The notes under the pieces are model-generated. The model was given only the letters and a program-made list of their open reading frames with translations, had not been told where the DNA came from and made no database searches. Below are positions 9,779 through 19,121 of a DNA stretch of 64,000 nt, in pieces. A program made the position numbers and the translations under genes. This stretch comes from Candidatus Amesbacteria bacterium GW2011_GWB1_47_19 (GTDB lineage: Bacteria > Patescibacteriota > Microgenomatia > CAZETR01 > Amesbacteraceae): contig LCNZ01000002.1 in the NCBI GenBank assembly GCA_001002325.1, positions 7,093-71,092 on the forward strand, read 5' to 3'. How positions within the stretch are numbered: the stretch's first letter is position 1; every line of letters starts with the position of its first letter.

Positions 9779-10845
9779 TCCGTATCGGTTTCATCACCCC
9801 ATCTTCATCTTCAGGACACCCCGCCCGGGGAATCGGATTTTATTCTCGCCAGTTGTTATCAGCTCTCAAACTCCGGGCAGGAACGTACGGGATGCAAGTC
9901 GAATCCGTAGAAAATTTCGATAATGTCATCGGCAGATACAATCTGATTCATCAGCCTTATTTTGATCTCTTTTCCCCCTCCCTGCCTCTGGTTCCCCCTG
10001 TCAAAACCATTGTCACCATCCATGACGTCATTCCGCTGGAATACCCCTTACATTATCCTCCCGGTATCAAAGGGCGGTTAGGATTGGTTTGGGAAAAAAC
10101 CGCCATCCGGTCGGTATCTCGGATTATTACCGATTCCTATGCTTCGGTAAAAGCCCTGGTTAAATATCTGCACCTTCCCCATGCCAAAATAAAACTGGTT
10201 TATCTGGCTCCCGGCGACCAATTCCGACGTATTACGGATAAAATCCGTTTGTCGTCTGTCCGCAATAAGTACCATCTACCCCGAAAATTTGTACTTTTTA
10301 TGGGAGATATCAATTGGAATAAAAATCTCCCCGGATTGGTAGAAACCTGCCTCAATCTAAAAATCCCCCTTGTGGTGATAGGTAAAAGTGCCGCCGAAAT
10401 TGAAAAATTGAATTTATCCCACAAAGAGCTTTCTCATCTCTCACCTCTCATTTCTCACCTCTCAGATCCCAACTTGATCCGTCTGGGATTTGTTCCCGAT
10501 GAGGATCTGGCGGCGATATTCAGTCTGGCCGGAATTTACTGCCAACCTTCGTTTGCCGAAGGCTTCGGTTTGCCGGTTGTCCAGGCCATGGCCTGTGGCA
10601 CACCGGTGGTCTGCAGCCGGACCCATTCCTTACCTGAATTTGCAGGTGAAGCTGCTGTCTATTTTGACCCTTTTTCAGTCCCGGATATGACTCAAAAAAT
10701 CAAATCCGTGATGACCGATTCTGGTTTACGAAAGACGCTATCCGAAGCCGGAATAATACAATCATCCCGTTTTACCTGGGAGCAAAGTGCCGACCACACC
10801 TTGCAAGTTTACCGGGAGGTAATAAAATCAGGTTTGTTGCCATGA
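9775..10845 (+). CDS. GT4 glycosyltransferase (mannosyltransferase-like)
   Basis: VTIHDVIP, KN, EGFGLPVVQAMACGTPV motifs. Confidence 0.9.
   Translation: MIRIGFITPSSSSGHPARGIGFYSRQLLSALKLRAGTYGMQVESVENFDNVIGRYNLIHQPYFDLFSPSLPLVPPVKTIVTIHDVIPLEYPLHYPPGIKGRLGLVWEKTAIRSVSRIITDSYASVKALVKYLHLPHAKIKLVYLAPGDQFRRITDKIRLSSVRNKYHLPRKFVLFMGDINWNKNLPGLVETCLNLKIPLVVIGKSAAEIEKLNLSHKELSHLSPLISHLSDPNLIRLGFVPDEDLAAIFSLAGIYCQPSFAEGFGLPVVQAMACGTPVVCSRTHSLPEFAGEAAVYFDPFSVPDMTQKIKSVMTDSGLRKTLSEAGIIQSSRFTWEQSADHTLQVYREVIKSGLLP
10432..10466 (+). repeat. Intragenic heptamer tandem repeat (TCTCACC-like)x5
   Basis: TCTCATC TCTCACC TCTCATT TCTCACC TCTCAGA, encoding SHLSPLISHLS. Confidence 0.85.
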
Positions 10846-11993
10846 ATTTTGCCCGAATAGTCAGGTTATTCGTCGCCTGGCAGTTGCTGATTGTTATCAT
10901 CACCGCCGCATCGTTTAGTTGGTTGCCCCTGCGTGCTACTTTTATCGGCGGTTCCGACCAAGCCAGTCTGGCAAACCCCCAGCCATATATCCGGAATCCT
11001 CTGCTATACTCACGGGCAAATTTTGACGGTATCCACTATGTGGACATCGCCCGTAAAGGTTATGGTTATGCCCAACAGGCGTTTTTCCCCCTATACCCCA
11101 AACTTATAACTCTGCTTTCACCTTACGTCCACCCACCCGCGTTAGCCGGAATTTTGGTCTCTCTGGCTGGTTTCCTAGCAGGTTTGGTCTTTCTTTCCCG
11201 ACTCATGACCCTGGACCATCGTCCTAAAATTGTTTTTTGGACTATTTTGGCTCTGCTGGTTTTCCCAACCAGTTTCTTTTTCGGGTCGGTCTATACCGAA
11301 GGCCTGTTCTTCTTTTTTAGCGTCAGTGCCTTTTATTTTGCCCGTTCCCGGCGCTGGTGGGTTGCCGGTATTATAGGATTATTGGCTTCGTATACACGTT
11401 TTATTGGGGTCTTCTTATTGCCTGCCCTGCTCATAGAATGGTGGACGGCCTACTCCGGTTCCGAAAAGGGTCCCAAACCAGCAATCGCCGACCTCATGAT
11501 CCTGTTTTTTATTCCCGTGGGACTGGTAATTTTTATGCACTATTTAATCCACACCACCGGTGATCCTCTGGCCTTTTTGCATGTTCAGAAACTTTTCGGA
11601 CAGGGCAGGAGCGACGAAATAATCCTGATCTATCAGGTGTTCTGGCGTTATCTGAAAATGATTTTTACGGTCAACCGGGCGGATCCGTTGTATCTGACTA
11701 TCTGGCTGGAACTAATCACCGGTATTCTTGGTACTGTATCTTCAGTTATTTTATTTTTCCGTTCCCGTCCGTCGTACGCTTTCTTTAATCTGGCTTCATT
11801 TCTCACCCCCACTCTCTCCGGCACTTTCACTTCAGTCCCCCGCTATTTGTTATTGTGTTTCCCTAGCTTCATTCTTTTAGGCGAATGGTTGGGAAAGACC
11901 GACACAGTATGGCGTCGGTCATATCTGTTCTTCAGCTTAATTCTATTGGTGTTATTTACATCCCTCTTCGTTCGGGGTTACTGGGTCTCTTGA
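10842..11993 (+). CDS. GT-C mannosyltransferase, PIG-V-like
   Basis: NFDGIHYVDIARKGY...AFFPLYP, FPTSFFFGSVYTEGLF, SVPRY motifs. Confidence 0.85.
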   Translation: MNFARIVRLFVAWQLLIVIITAASFSWLPLRATFIGGSDQASLANPQPYIRNPLLYSRANFDGIHYVDIARKGYGYAQQAFFPLYPKLITLLSPYVHPPALAGILVSLAGFLAGLVFLSRLMTLDHRPKIVFWTILALLVFPTSFFFGSVYTEGLFFFFSVSAFYFARSRRWWVAGIIGLLASYTRFIGVFLLPALLIEWWTAYSGSEKGPKPAIADLMILFFIPVGLVIFMHYLIHTTGDPLAFLHVQKLFGQGRSDEIILIYQVFWRYLKMIFTVNRADPLYLTIWLELITGILGTVSSVILFFRSRPSYAFFNLASFLTPTLSGTFTSVPRYLLLCFPSFILLGEWLGKTDTVWRRSYLFFSLILLVLFTSLFVRGYWVS

Positions 11994-12017
11994 TGGTATT
12001 TACATGTATTATAAACT

Positions 12018-12899
12018 ATGTCTATGACTAAAAACCCTTGCGAAAACATCATTATTGGAGGAAATGGATTTATAGGAACATACATCACAGAACTATTAAC
12101 AAAATCGGGTAACAGTTCGAGGATTATAGATTCCCATGCTCATGCGGATTCACAAGCAGAACAGGTCGCTATTACTATCGGACCTGAATGTAACGATCAG
12201 GAATTAAAAAGCGCAATAGCCGGGAAAAGAATATTCATTCTCGTAGGTCAGATAAAACCTGATTTTAATGAAGATTATGAACTAGCCGCATTAAAGAAAC
12301 TATTCAGTTGCGTCGACTTCAAAATGACCAGACAAATTATCTACACATCTTCAGCCTTAATATACGGGGACACCAAAAAACCTGCAGTGGAAACAGACCC
12401 CATCAATCCGGTCGATTCATATAGTAGATTTAAATCAAAAAGTGAGGATTTATGTAAAATGTATTTTAATCAAAAAACCGGAATCAATTTGCTTATAACC
12501 AGATTAAGTAATGTCTATGGGGGTGTTAAAAACAGGGGATTTATCGGTTTAATAATAAATAAATCCAAGAATGAGATTAAGCCAACAATAGATATTAACG
12601 GAGATGGTAAACAAACCAGAGACTATATTCATGTAATTGATGTCGCAAACGCTATTTTATCAATTGCCGGAAACGAAGTGAATGACATTGTAAATGTGAG
12701 CTTCGGGATTAGCTGGTCACTCCTCGAAATAATTGATAAGTTTAATAATTTATCACCGAATAATATTCATACAAATATAAAAGGCAATTTATTAAATGAA
12801 GTGAAACAGAGCCGGATTTCCAATCAAAAATTGAGAGATATTTACGGATACACTCCTGCAATATCCCTGGATAGGGGGCTCGAGCTTAGTTTGCTTTAG
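12018..12899 (+). CDS. NAD-dependent epimerase/dehydratase/reductase (extended SDR)
   Basis: GGNGFIG, SSALIYG, YSRFK (YxxxK), RLSNVYG, RDYIHVID motifs. Confidence 0.85.
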   Translation: MSMTKNPCENIIIGGNGFIGTYITELLTKSGNSSRIIDSHAHADSQAEQVAITIGPECNDQELKSAIAGKRIFILVGQIKPDFNEDYELAALKKLFSCVDFKMTRQIIYTSSALIYGDTKKPAVETDPINPVDSYSRFKSKSEDLCKMYFNQKTGINLLITRLSNVYGGVKNRGFIGLIINKSKNEIKPTIDINGDGKQTRDYIHVIDVANAILSIAGNEVNDIVNVSFGISWSLLEIIDKFNNLSPNNIHTNIKGNLLNEVKQSRISNQKLRDIYGYTPAISLDRGLELSLL

Positions 12900-12904
12900 C
12901 GTAT

Positions 12905-14326
12905 ATGATGAGAGACAAAATAAAAAAAGTAATAATCGTCGGTTGCGGTGCAGCAGGCCGTCTTTTATTACACGATATAGTACAAAATCATAAAACTATT
13001 TCATGTCTGGGTTATGTGGATGATCTGAAAAAAAGCAATAGTGTTCGTATTTTAGGTCCGATCAGGAATCTGGTTGAATTAGTGGAGAATTACCGGGTTG
13101 ATGAAATCTTAATAGCGGTACCTTCAAGTAATGGCAAACTGGTAAGGCGTGTTTTGCTGCAATTAATTTCAACTCGAATTCCTATAAAAATTGTTCCCAG
13201 AACCCAGATGGTTATTAAGACTGGTCTGGTCAGATATGCAGATTTAAGAGAGGCTGAGGCGCAGGACTTTTTGGGTCGTCCGTTTATTAAACATAATATT
13301 GAAAAACTTTCCGCCTGGTACAAGGATAAAGTGGTGCTTATAACCGGTGGAGCAGGTTCTATCGGTTCTGAAATAGTCAGACAGTTGATGGAGTTAGGTA
13401 CAAAAAAAGTTATAGTATACGACTTTTCTGAATATCTGATGTTTAATCTGGATCAGATGTTAAAAGACGTAGGAATGCGAGACAAGTGCGAATTGATCAT
13501 AGGAAACATTTTAAATGCAAATAAAGTATCCCAGATCTTTAAAAAAGATAAGCCCAATATTGTAATTCATGCAGCAGCATATAAACATGTCTATTTAATG
13601 GAAGACAATTTGGATGAGGCGATAATAAACAACATTCAGGGTACTAAAACAATCACGGATCTGGTAATTCAGAATCAAATTTCTAATTTTGTATTTATTT
13701 CGACAGACAAAGTAGTTAATGCCTCCAGCATCATGGGAGCTACCAAGAACTTATGCGAGCTTTATATCAGACATTCATACCACGGTCAAAAAAAGCTGAT
13801 ATTTAATATTGTTAGGTTTGGAAACGTGATAAATTCAAATGGATCAGTTTTACCGCTCTTCGAAAAGCAGATAAAGGAAAGGAGCGAAATCACTGTAACT
13901 GATAGAAAAGTAAAAAGGTTTTTTATGTCAACTAGAGAAGCTTCACAGCTGGTGATAGAAAGCACTGCTTGGGGGATAAAAAATTCAATACATGTTTTAG
14001 ATATGGGTGAATTATTAAGCATTTATGAAATTGCCTTATGCACTATCAGAAGCAGAAACCTAATTCCGGAGGTAGATGTCAAAATTAAGTTTATCGGTCT
14101 TCGGAAGGGAGAGAAAATGATCGAGGAGCTGTATACTAACCGGGAAAGAGGTAATTTAATTGACACAAAAATACCGCGTGTATTTGGGTTAGAGAAACTG
14201 GTGCTTCACAACAACAAAATCATTGCACTGGAAGAAGAACTGATAAATTTAGCCAGGAAATGCAACATTAAAGGAATAAAGCGAATATTGAATGAAGAAT
14301 TTCCCACACTTTCAAAGGCCCACTAG
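12905..14326 (+). CDS. CapD/PglF-like UDP-GlcNAc 4,6-dehydratase without N-terminal membrane domain
   Basis: N-terminal GCGAAG Rossmann-like domain; TGGAGSIGSE, HAAAYKHV, STDK, MGATK, VRFGNV, GEKMIEEL motifs. Confidence 0.9.
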   Translation: MMRDKIKKVIIVGCGAAGRLLLHDIVQNHKTISCLGYVDDLKKSNSVRILGPIRNLVELVENYRVDEILIAVPSSNGKLVRRVLLQLISTRIPIKIVPRTQMVIKTGLVRYADLREAEAQDFLGRPFIKHNIEKLSAWYKDKVVLITGGAGSIGSEIVRQLMELGTKKVIVYDFSEYLMFNLDQMLKDVGMRDKCELIIGNILNANKVSQIFKKDKPNIVIHAAAYKHVYLMEDNLDEAIINNIQGTKTITDLVIQNQISNFVFISTDKVVNASSIMGATKNLCELYIRHSYHGQKKLIFNIVRFGNVINSNGSVLPLFEKQIKERSEITVTDRKVKRFFMSTREASQLVIESTAWGIKNSIHVLDMGELLSIYEIALCTIRSRNLIPEVDVKIKFIGLRKGEKMIEELYTNRERGNLIDTKIPRVFGLEKLVLHNNKIIALEEELINLARKCNIKGIKRILNEEFPTLSKAH

Positions 14327-15793
14327 CTTAATAAGAATCGTTCCCCGATATTCCTGATTATCGTAGTTTTCGGTAGCCGGAATGACAAATATTTTCAACA
14401 CCCGGTAATTATTCATTAAATACGGATTTTTGATATTTTCTGGTGAATAAACCACCTCTTTCCAGTCACCTAATGAAAAATTGGCGTCATTTTCAAGATA
14501 ATTCGTTATAACTATATATTCAACATTATTAATCTTACCTGGATAAGGTTTTATCATTTCCGGCGCCAATGGAAACCACATTGTTGTTAAACCGTGATAC
14601 CAGGCAGCCCATGCATCAAGATTTGTGATGGTCAATTTTCCACGAGGAATATTTTGTGCCATTACGTCTGCAATTGCTTTATAGGCTGGAGGCTGATTTG
14701 TATTAAACTGTTGGCGACGATATCTTGAATCCAGTGTGATGTAACCGATCATTGGCAATGACACGATGAATATCAACAGACCAGCAAATAGATACTTTAA
14801 ACGTAGGTTTTTTGCCAATTCGACCAAGGATATTGCCGCACATATAAAAATCAATGGTAAAACGGGATGGACATACCTGGCAATGGGTAGGGTTAGGGAG
14901 GCGGCAATAATTAAAAGCAGACCACTTATTAAAGTATATATATAAAAACCCCGTAACTCTCGTTGTTTTATTAAGGCAAACACCCCGTACAAGAATAAAG
15001 CCAATATTATCGGATTAACGATTCGATCCGGAAATTTAAGAAAATTATACAAGTTGTATACTGTTTTAGCCGCTAGTTTCCTGGTAGTAATCCGGTCAGA
15101 TGGAGCGCCACGCATATAAGCTCCGTTGTTATCGCTGGGTGTGGAATAGATGGAATTAAAATAGAATGCAGGGGAAACGAATGGATATCTGCTGGAAAAT
15201 GGTATACCTGTCAGAATAATAATTCCGGCTACAGCCAGTACTAATAAGCGTCGGCGGGAAAATATTAATACCAGTATAAAAAGAGAAACCGCAATAACTA
15301 TGGATTGAGCTCTGGTAAAAAACATTAACGTTACCGGAACCAATGACAACCATTTTCGTTTTGGATTATAAAGATACAGAATAACCGCGAGTATTATTTC
15401 CAATGACAAGAATATTTCACTTGTGCTGTTTCTAGCATAATCCAGGAAGTACATATTTCCCAACAGAAAAACAACCGCAGTTATCCCTGCTTGGATAGAA
15501 TGTAGCTTTTTACCGATTAAATAGACCAAAACAGCTATCAACAACCAAACACCAACTCCAAAAATGACAACTGTAGAATCACTTAATGGAAATATCCGAA
15601 AAACTATCGACAACACCCAAGAGGTCAAAGGATGAAAACCGGGAGAAAACGCATCACCCGGAGTATACTTTGACAGAAGAACCGGATTGAAGAGACTATG
15701 GTGTATGACCAAACCGCGGCCGTAATTAAAATTTATTGCTGCTTCCGCATATTTTACCGAGTCTGAAAAACTTAACCAAAAATTAAACGTCAT
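14312..15793 (-). CDS. GT-C fold membrane glycosyltransferase
   Basis: 493 aa polytopic. Early SDSVKYAEAA loop, HPL, ARYVHP motifs. Confidence 0.75.
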   Translation of the reverse strand: MTFNFWLSFSDSVKYAEAAINFNYGRGLVIHHSLFNPVLLSKYTPGDAFSPGFHPLTSWVLSIVFRIFPLSDSTVVIFGVGVWLLIAVLVYLIGKKLHSIQAGITAVVFLLGNMYFLDYARNSTSEIFLSLEIILAVILYLYNPKRKWLSLVPVTLMFFTRAQSIVIAVSLFILVLIFSRRRLLVLAVAGIIILTGIPFSSRYPFVSPAFYFNSIYSTPSDNNGAYMRGAPSDRITTRKLAAKTVYNLYNFLKFPDRIVNPIILALFLYGVFALIKQRELRGFYIYTLISGLLLIIAASLTLPIARYVHPVLPLIFICAAISLVELAKNLRLKYLFAGLLIFIVSLPMIGYITLDSRYRRQQFNTNQPPAYKAIADVMAQNIPRGKLTITNLDAWAAWYHGLTTMWFPLAPEMIKPYPGKINNVEYIVITNYLENDANFSLGDWKEVVYSPENIKNPYLMNNYRVLKIFVIPATENYDNQEYRGTILIKLVGL

Positions 15794-15805
15794 AAAAAAA
15801 TCGAA

Positions 15806-17290
15806 ATGATAGCTTCAAAATACTTGATGATAACCTGTATCTGCCTAACTATAGTTTATTCTTTTTATTTTCTCAATAAAATTAAGTTGGATAATACGGC
15901 CTACTGGAGCGGGGATACTATAGTTTACCAGTCTATTGCAGTAAATTTAGCCACAGGTCATGGTTATAAATATGGAATCATAGAACCATTCGAGAAATAT
16001 AAGTTTGGAAAAGGTCTCTTCAATCCAAAAGCAGACTTAAAAGAGGAACTTACTGACTGGGGTAAAGAAGGTGGACATGATTATTTTTTTACTACCCCGG
16101 GTTACATTTTATTTCTGGGATCAATTTACAAAATATTCGGTATTAGCCCGTTTATAGCCAAAGTAATACAAAATATCTTCATGATCACCATAGGTTCTTT
16201 TTTACCCTTCATTGGCTATATTTTTTGGAAAAGATCAGGACTCGTAAGTGGGATCATATCCGGTTTTATCTATCTCAATCACTTTTTTAGCCTTGAGGCT
16301 CCAGGCTCGCTTGCTGTTGCTAATGAAATACTCACCGAGCCTTTGATCTCTTTTTATCTTTTCTTAATGATCATTGTGTTTATGTATTGGTCAATCAAAA
16401 AGTCTTTTATAACGACGTTTAGTTTTGGAGTCTTGCTTGGTATCGGTGTACTGGTCAAGGGATCAAATATATTTATTCCCCTTCTGTTCTTAACCTATTT
16501 CTTTATTCTTATTTTTATAAAAAGGAGTTTAAGTTTGGCACATCTTTCTGTATTATTGTCGGGAATTATTATTTCTATTTTGCCATGGTCTATATATGCC
16601 ACCAAATCTTCAGATCAATTAATCTTAATTTCCACCCAAAGCAAACCGGCACTATTTGACGGAAATAATGAATACACAGTTATCGACGGAGCTTGGCACC
16701 CGGAGGGATACATTGACAATCCAAATAGTTTTTATCGGCAACCATGGCTGCAAAAATATCCGGATTTAATAAAGGTTGCCATATTTTATTATTATCATCC
16801 CAGAATATTTTTGCCTGTATTTCTTAAAAAGTTATTTTATGCATACCGATTATTTCCTTTTTTTAAAATTTCATTGACTCTGATAATTAGTTCAATCCTA
16901 ATTAATTATTTCTTGAATAAAAAGTTCAAAATAGTCATGTTGATGATAACTTTGCTTTGTTTGATAAATATATTCATTTTTCCCTATCCGGTAACTGGCA
17001 TGCCATTTATGAGCCAAATCTCTACTAGTGGTTCCTTATTAACCGTTTTACTTACAGTAGCCATGCTATTAGCGTATCGCAAAAAAATTATTCACACCAT
17101 AGACATACCTGCACCTATGATAATAATATTCGTGAATTATTTACTGATTACCCTGATGATTTTCGGTTACCCTAGATATATTCAGGTTATGAATTTTGTA
17201 TTTATTCTTGTATCGGTTAAACTCCTCATGGATTTTATAAAAGAATTCTTTTCTACCTTTTATTCTGTTTTCTTTACATCAGATGGTTAA
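15806..17290 (+). CDS. GT-C fold membrane glycosyltransferase
   Basis: TM1 followed by GDTIVYQSIAVNLATGHGY; TPGY, ILTEPL, YPRY motifs. Confidence 0.75.
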   Translation: MIASKYLMITCICLTIVYSFYFLNKIKLDNTAYWSGDTIVYQSIAVNLATGHGYKYGIIEPFEKYKFGKGLFNPKADLKEELTDWGKEGGHDYFFTTPGYILFLGSIYKIFGISPFIAKVIQNIFMITIGSFLPFIGYIFWKRSGLVSGIISGFIYLNHFFSLEAPGSLAVANEILTEPLISFYLFLMIIVFMYWSIKKSFITTFSFGVLLGIGVLVKGSNIFIPLLFLTYFFILIFIKRSLSLAHLSVLLSGIIISILPWSIYATKSSDQLILISTQSKPALFDGNNEYTVIDGAWHPEGYIDNPNSFYRQPWLQKYPDLIKVAIFYYYHPRIFLPVFLKKLFYAYRLFPFFKISLTLIISSILINYFLNKKFKIVMLMITLLCLINIFIFPYPVTGMPFMSQISTSGSLLTVLLTVAMLLAYRKKIIHTIDIPAPMIIIFVNYLLITLMIFGYPRYIQVMNFVFILVSVKLLMDFIKEFFSTFYSVFFTSDG

Positions 17291-18587
17291 ACCGAATAAA
17301 GAGCTGAAGAACTGGTACTACCACCGGGATTTAATAAATTATTATGCGTTTAACTTAACACCCCAATGTAGTATTTTAAACATTCACCATGGTAATGATA
17401 TTTTCCGCGATTCATTAAAATATAAGAATTATAAATCAGTTAACATTTCAAAAAAGTCAATATTTCCTGATAAAAAATTTGACTTTATTTTTATTTCTGA
17501 TTCTTTAAGTGTTGTCAGAGATATTCAGTCTTTGTTTCACAAGCTAAAGAAATGTTCTAGTCCCAACACCAGACTCATAGTCAATTATCATAATTATTTC
17601 TGGTTACCCTTTCTGAAAATAGCTGTGAAGCTTGGAATTAAAGACCCGCAAAAATATACGAATTGGTTAAATACTGACGACGTGATTAATTTGCTGTCTA
17701 TTGAGAATTATCAAATCATAAAAGTCGGGCAACGGTTATTGATACCGGTTTATATCCCGGTAATTTCTTATTTCATAAACAGGTATATTGCATATTTTCC
17801 GGTTATTAATAAATTATGTTTTACAAACTACCTTATTTCCCGGCCTGTAAATGATAATAAAATCTATGATCAAACCGTAAGCGTGATCATACCCGTCAGA
17901 AATGAGAGTGGGAATATTGAAAATACTATTAAGCGGCTTCCAAAGCTAGGTAAACACACAGAAATAATCTTTATAGAGGGTTATTCCTCTGACAATACCT
18001 GGGATAAAATTATCCGTGTTCAGAATAAGTACAAGAAATTGGATATAAAAGTCTTTAAACAGCAGGGTATAGGTAAGGCGGATGCTGTTCGACTTGGATT
18101 TATTAAAGCCAGAGGTAATATTCTAATGATTCTTGATGCAGATTTAACCGTACCTCCGGAAGAATTGACCAAATTTTATGAAGCTATTAATAAAGACAAA
18201 GGCGAATTCATTAATGGCTGTCGGTTGGTATATCCGGTGCAAAAAGAAGCAATGCAATTTCTTAACACAGTTGCCAACCACCTCTTCTCCACCATATTAT
18301 CATGGATATTGAATATAAAAATAAAAGATACACTATGTGGTACAAAAGTTATCTCAAAGAAGAACTATCTTCATATTGCCCGTAACCGTAAGTACTTTGG
18401 GGATTTTGATCCGTTCGGTGATTTTGATTTGATATTCGGAGCCGCGAAATTAAATCTGAAATATACTGAAATACCCATTCATTACCAATCACGTAAATAT
18501 GGACATACCAACATCTCCCGCTTCAAACATGGCTGGTTGTTACTGAAGATGACTATATTTGCACTATTCAAGTTAAAATTTGTCTAA
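17283..18587 (+). CDS. Fusion of degenerate methyltransferase-like domain and GT2 (polyprenol-phosphate sugar synthase-like)
   Basis: C-terminal SVIIPVRNE, GKADAVRLG, LDADL, DTLCGTK, FGDFDL; N-terminal KFDFIFISDSL...RLIV segment. Confidence 0.8.
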   Translation: MVKPNKELKNWYYHRDLINYYAFNLTPQCSILNIHHGNDIFRDSLKYKNYKSVNISKKSIFPDKKFDFIFISDSLSVVRDIQSLFHKLKKCSSPNTRLIVNYHNYFWLPFLKIAVKLGIKDPQKYTNWLNTDDVINLLSIENYQIIKVGQRLLIPVYIPVISYFINRYIAYFPVINKLCFTNYLISRPVNDNKIYDQTVSVIIPVRNESGNIENTIKRLPKLGKHTEIIFIEGYSSDNTWDKIIRVQNKYKKLDIKVFKQQGIGKADAVRLGFIKARGNILMILDADLTVPPEELTKFYEAINKDKGEFINGCRLVYPVQKEAMQFLNTVANHLFSTILSWILNIKIKDTLCGTKVISKKNYLHIARNRKYFGDFDPFGDFDLIFGAAKLNLKYTEIPIHYQSRKYGHTNISRFKHGWLLLKMTIFALFKLKFV

Positions 18588-19120
18588 TGCTGATCAATTT
18601 CTTAAAAAGATATTCATACAAACAAATCCTTCTTCTATTCATAGAAGACCACCTTCAGTTTCTCCTGGGTCCGTTACCGTCGTACGAAGGTATTATTGCC
18701 AGAAGACTCATGTACAAAATATTTCTCAAATTAGGTAAGGGGAGCATTATTTACCACCACGTAATATTCACTCACGGTTTTAATATCAAAATAGGTAATT
18801 ATTTTTCACCAAACTGCGGCACCCATATTGATGGTAGAGGAGGTGTGGAAATTGGCGATTATGTCCTGATCGGACCAAATGTTTTTATTGCTTCATCAAA
18901 CCATGTAGTCCGCACGAGAGAGCCCCGTATAAATTTTCCTCATATTCCCAAACCCACGTATATAGGTTCAAATGTCTGGATTGGGGCCAACACGGTTGTA
19001 TGTCCTGGGGTTAAGATTGGTGACAACAGTATTGTGGCCGCCGGTAGCATAGTAACAAAGGATGTAGCACACAACGTTATTGTTGCTGGAAATCCTGCCA
19101 GGGTAACACGGACTTTTTAG
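18587..19120 (+). CDS. Hexapeptide-repeat (LbH) sugar acetyltransferase
   Basis: IGSNVWIGANTVVCPGVKIGDNSIVAAGSIVTKDV...GNPA. Confidence 0.9.
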   Translation: MLINFLKRYSYKQILLLFIEDHLQFLLGPLPSYEGIIARRLMYKIFLKLGKGSIIYHHVIFTHGFNIKIGNYFSPNCGTHIDGRGGVEIGDYVLIGPNVFIASSNHVVRTREPRINFPHIPKPTYIGSNVWIGANTVVCPGVKIGDNSIVAAGSIVTKDVAHNVIVAGNPARVTRTF

Positions 19121-19121
19121 T

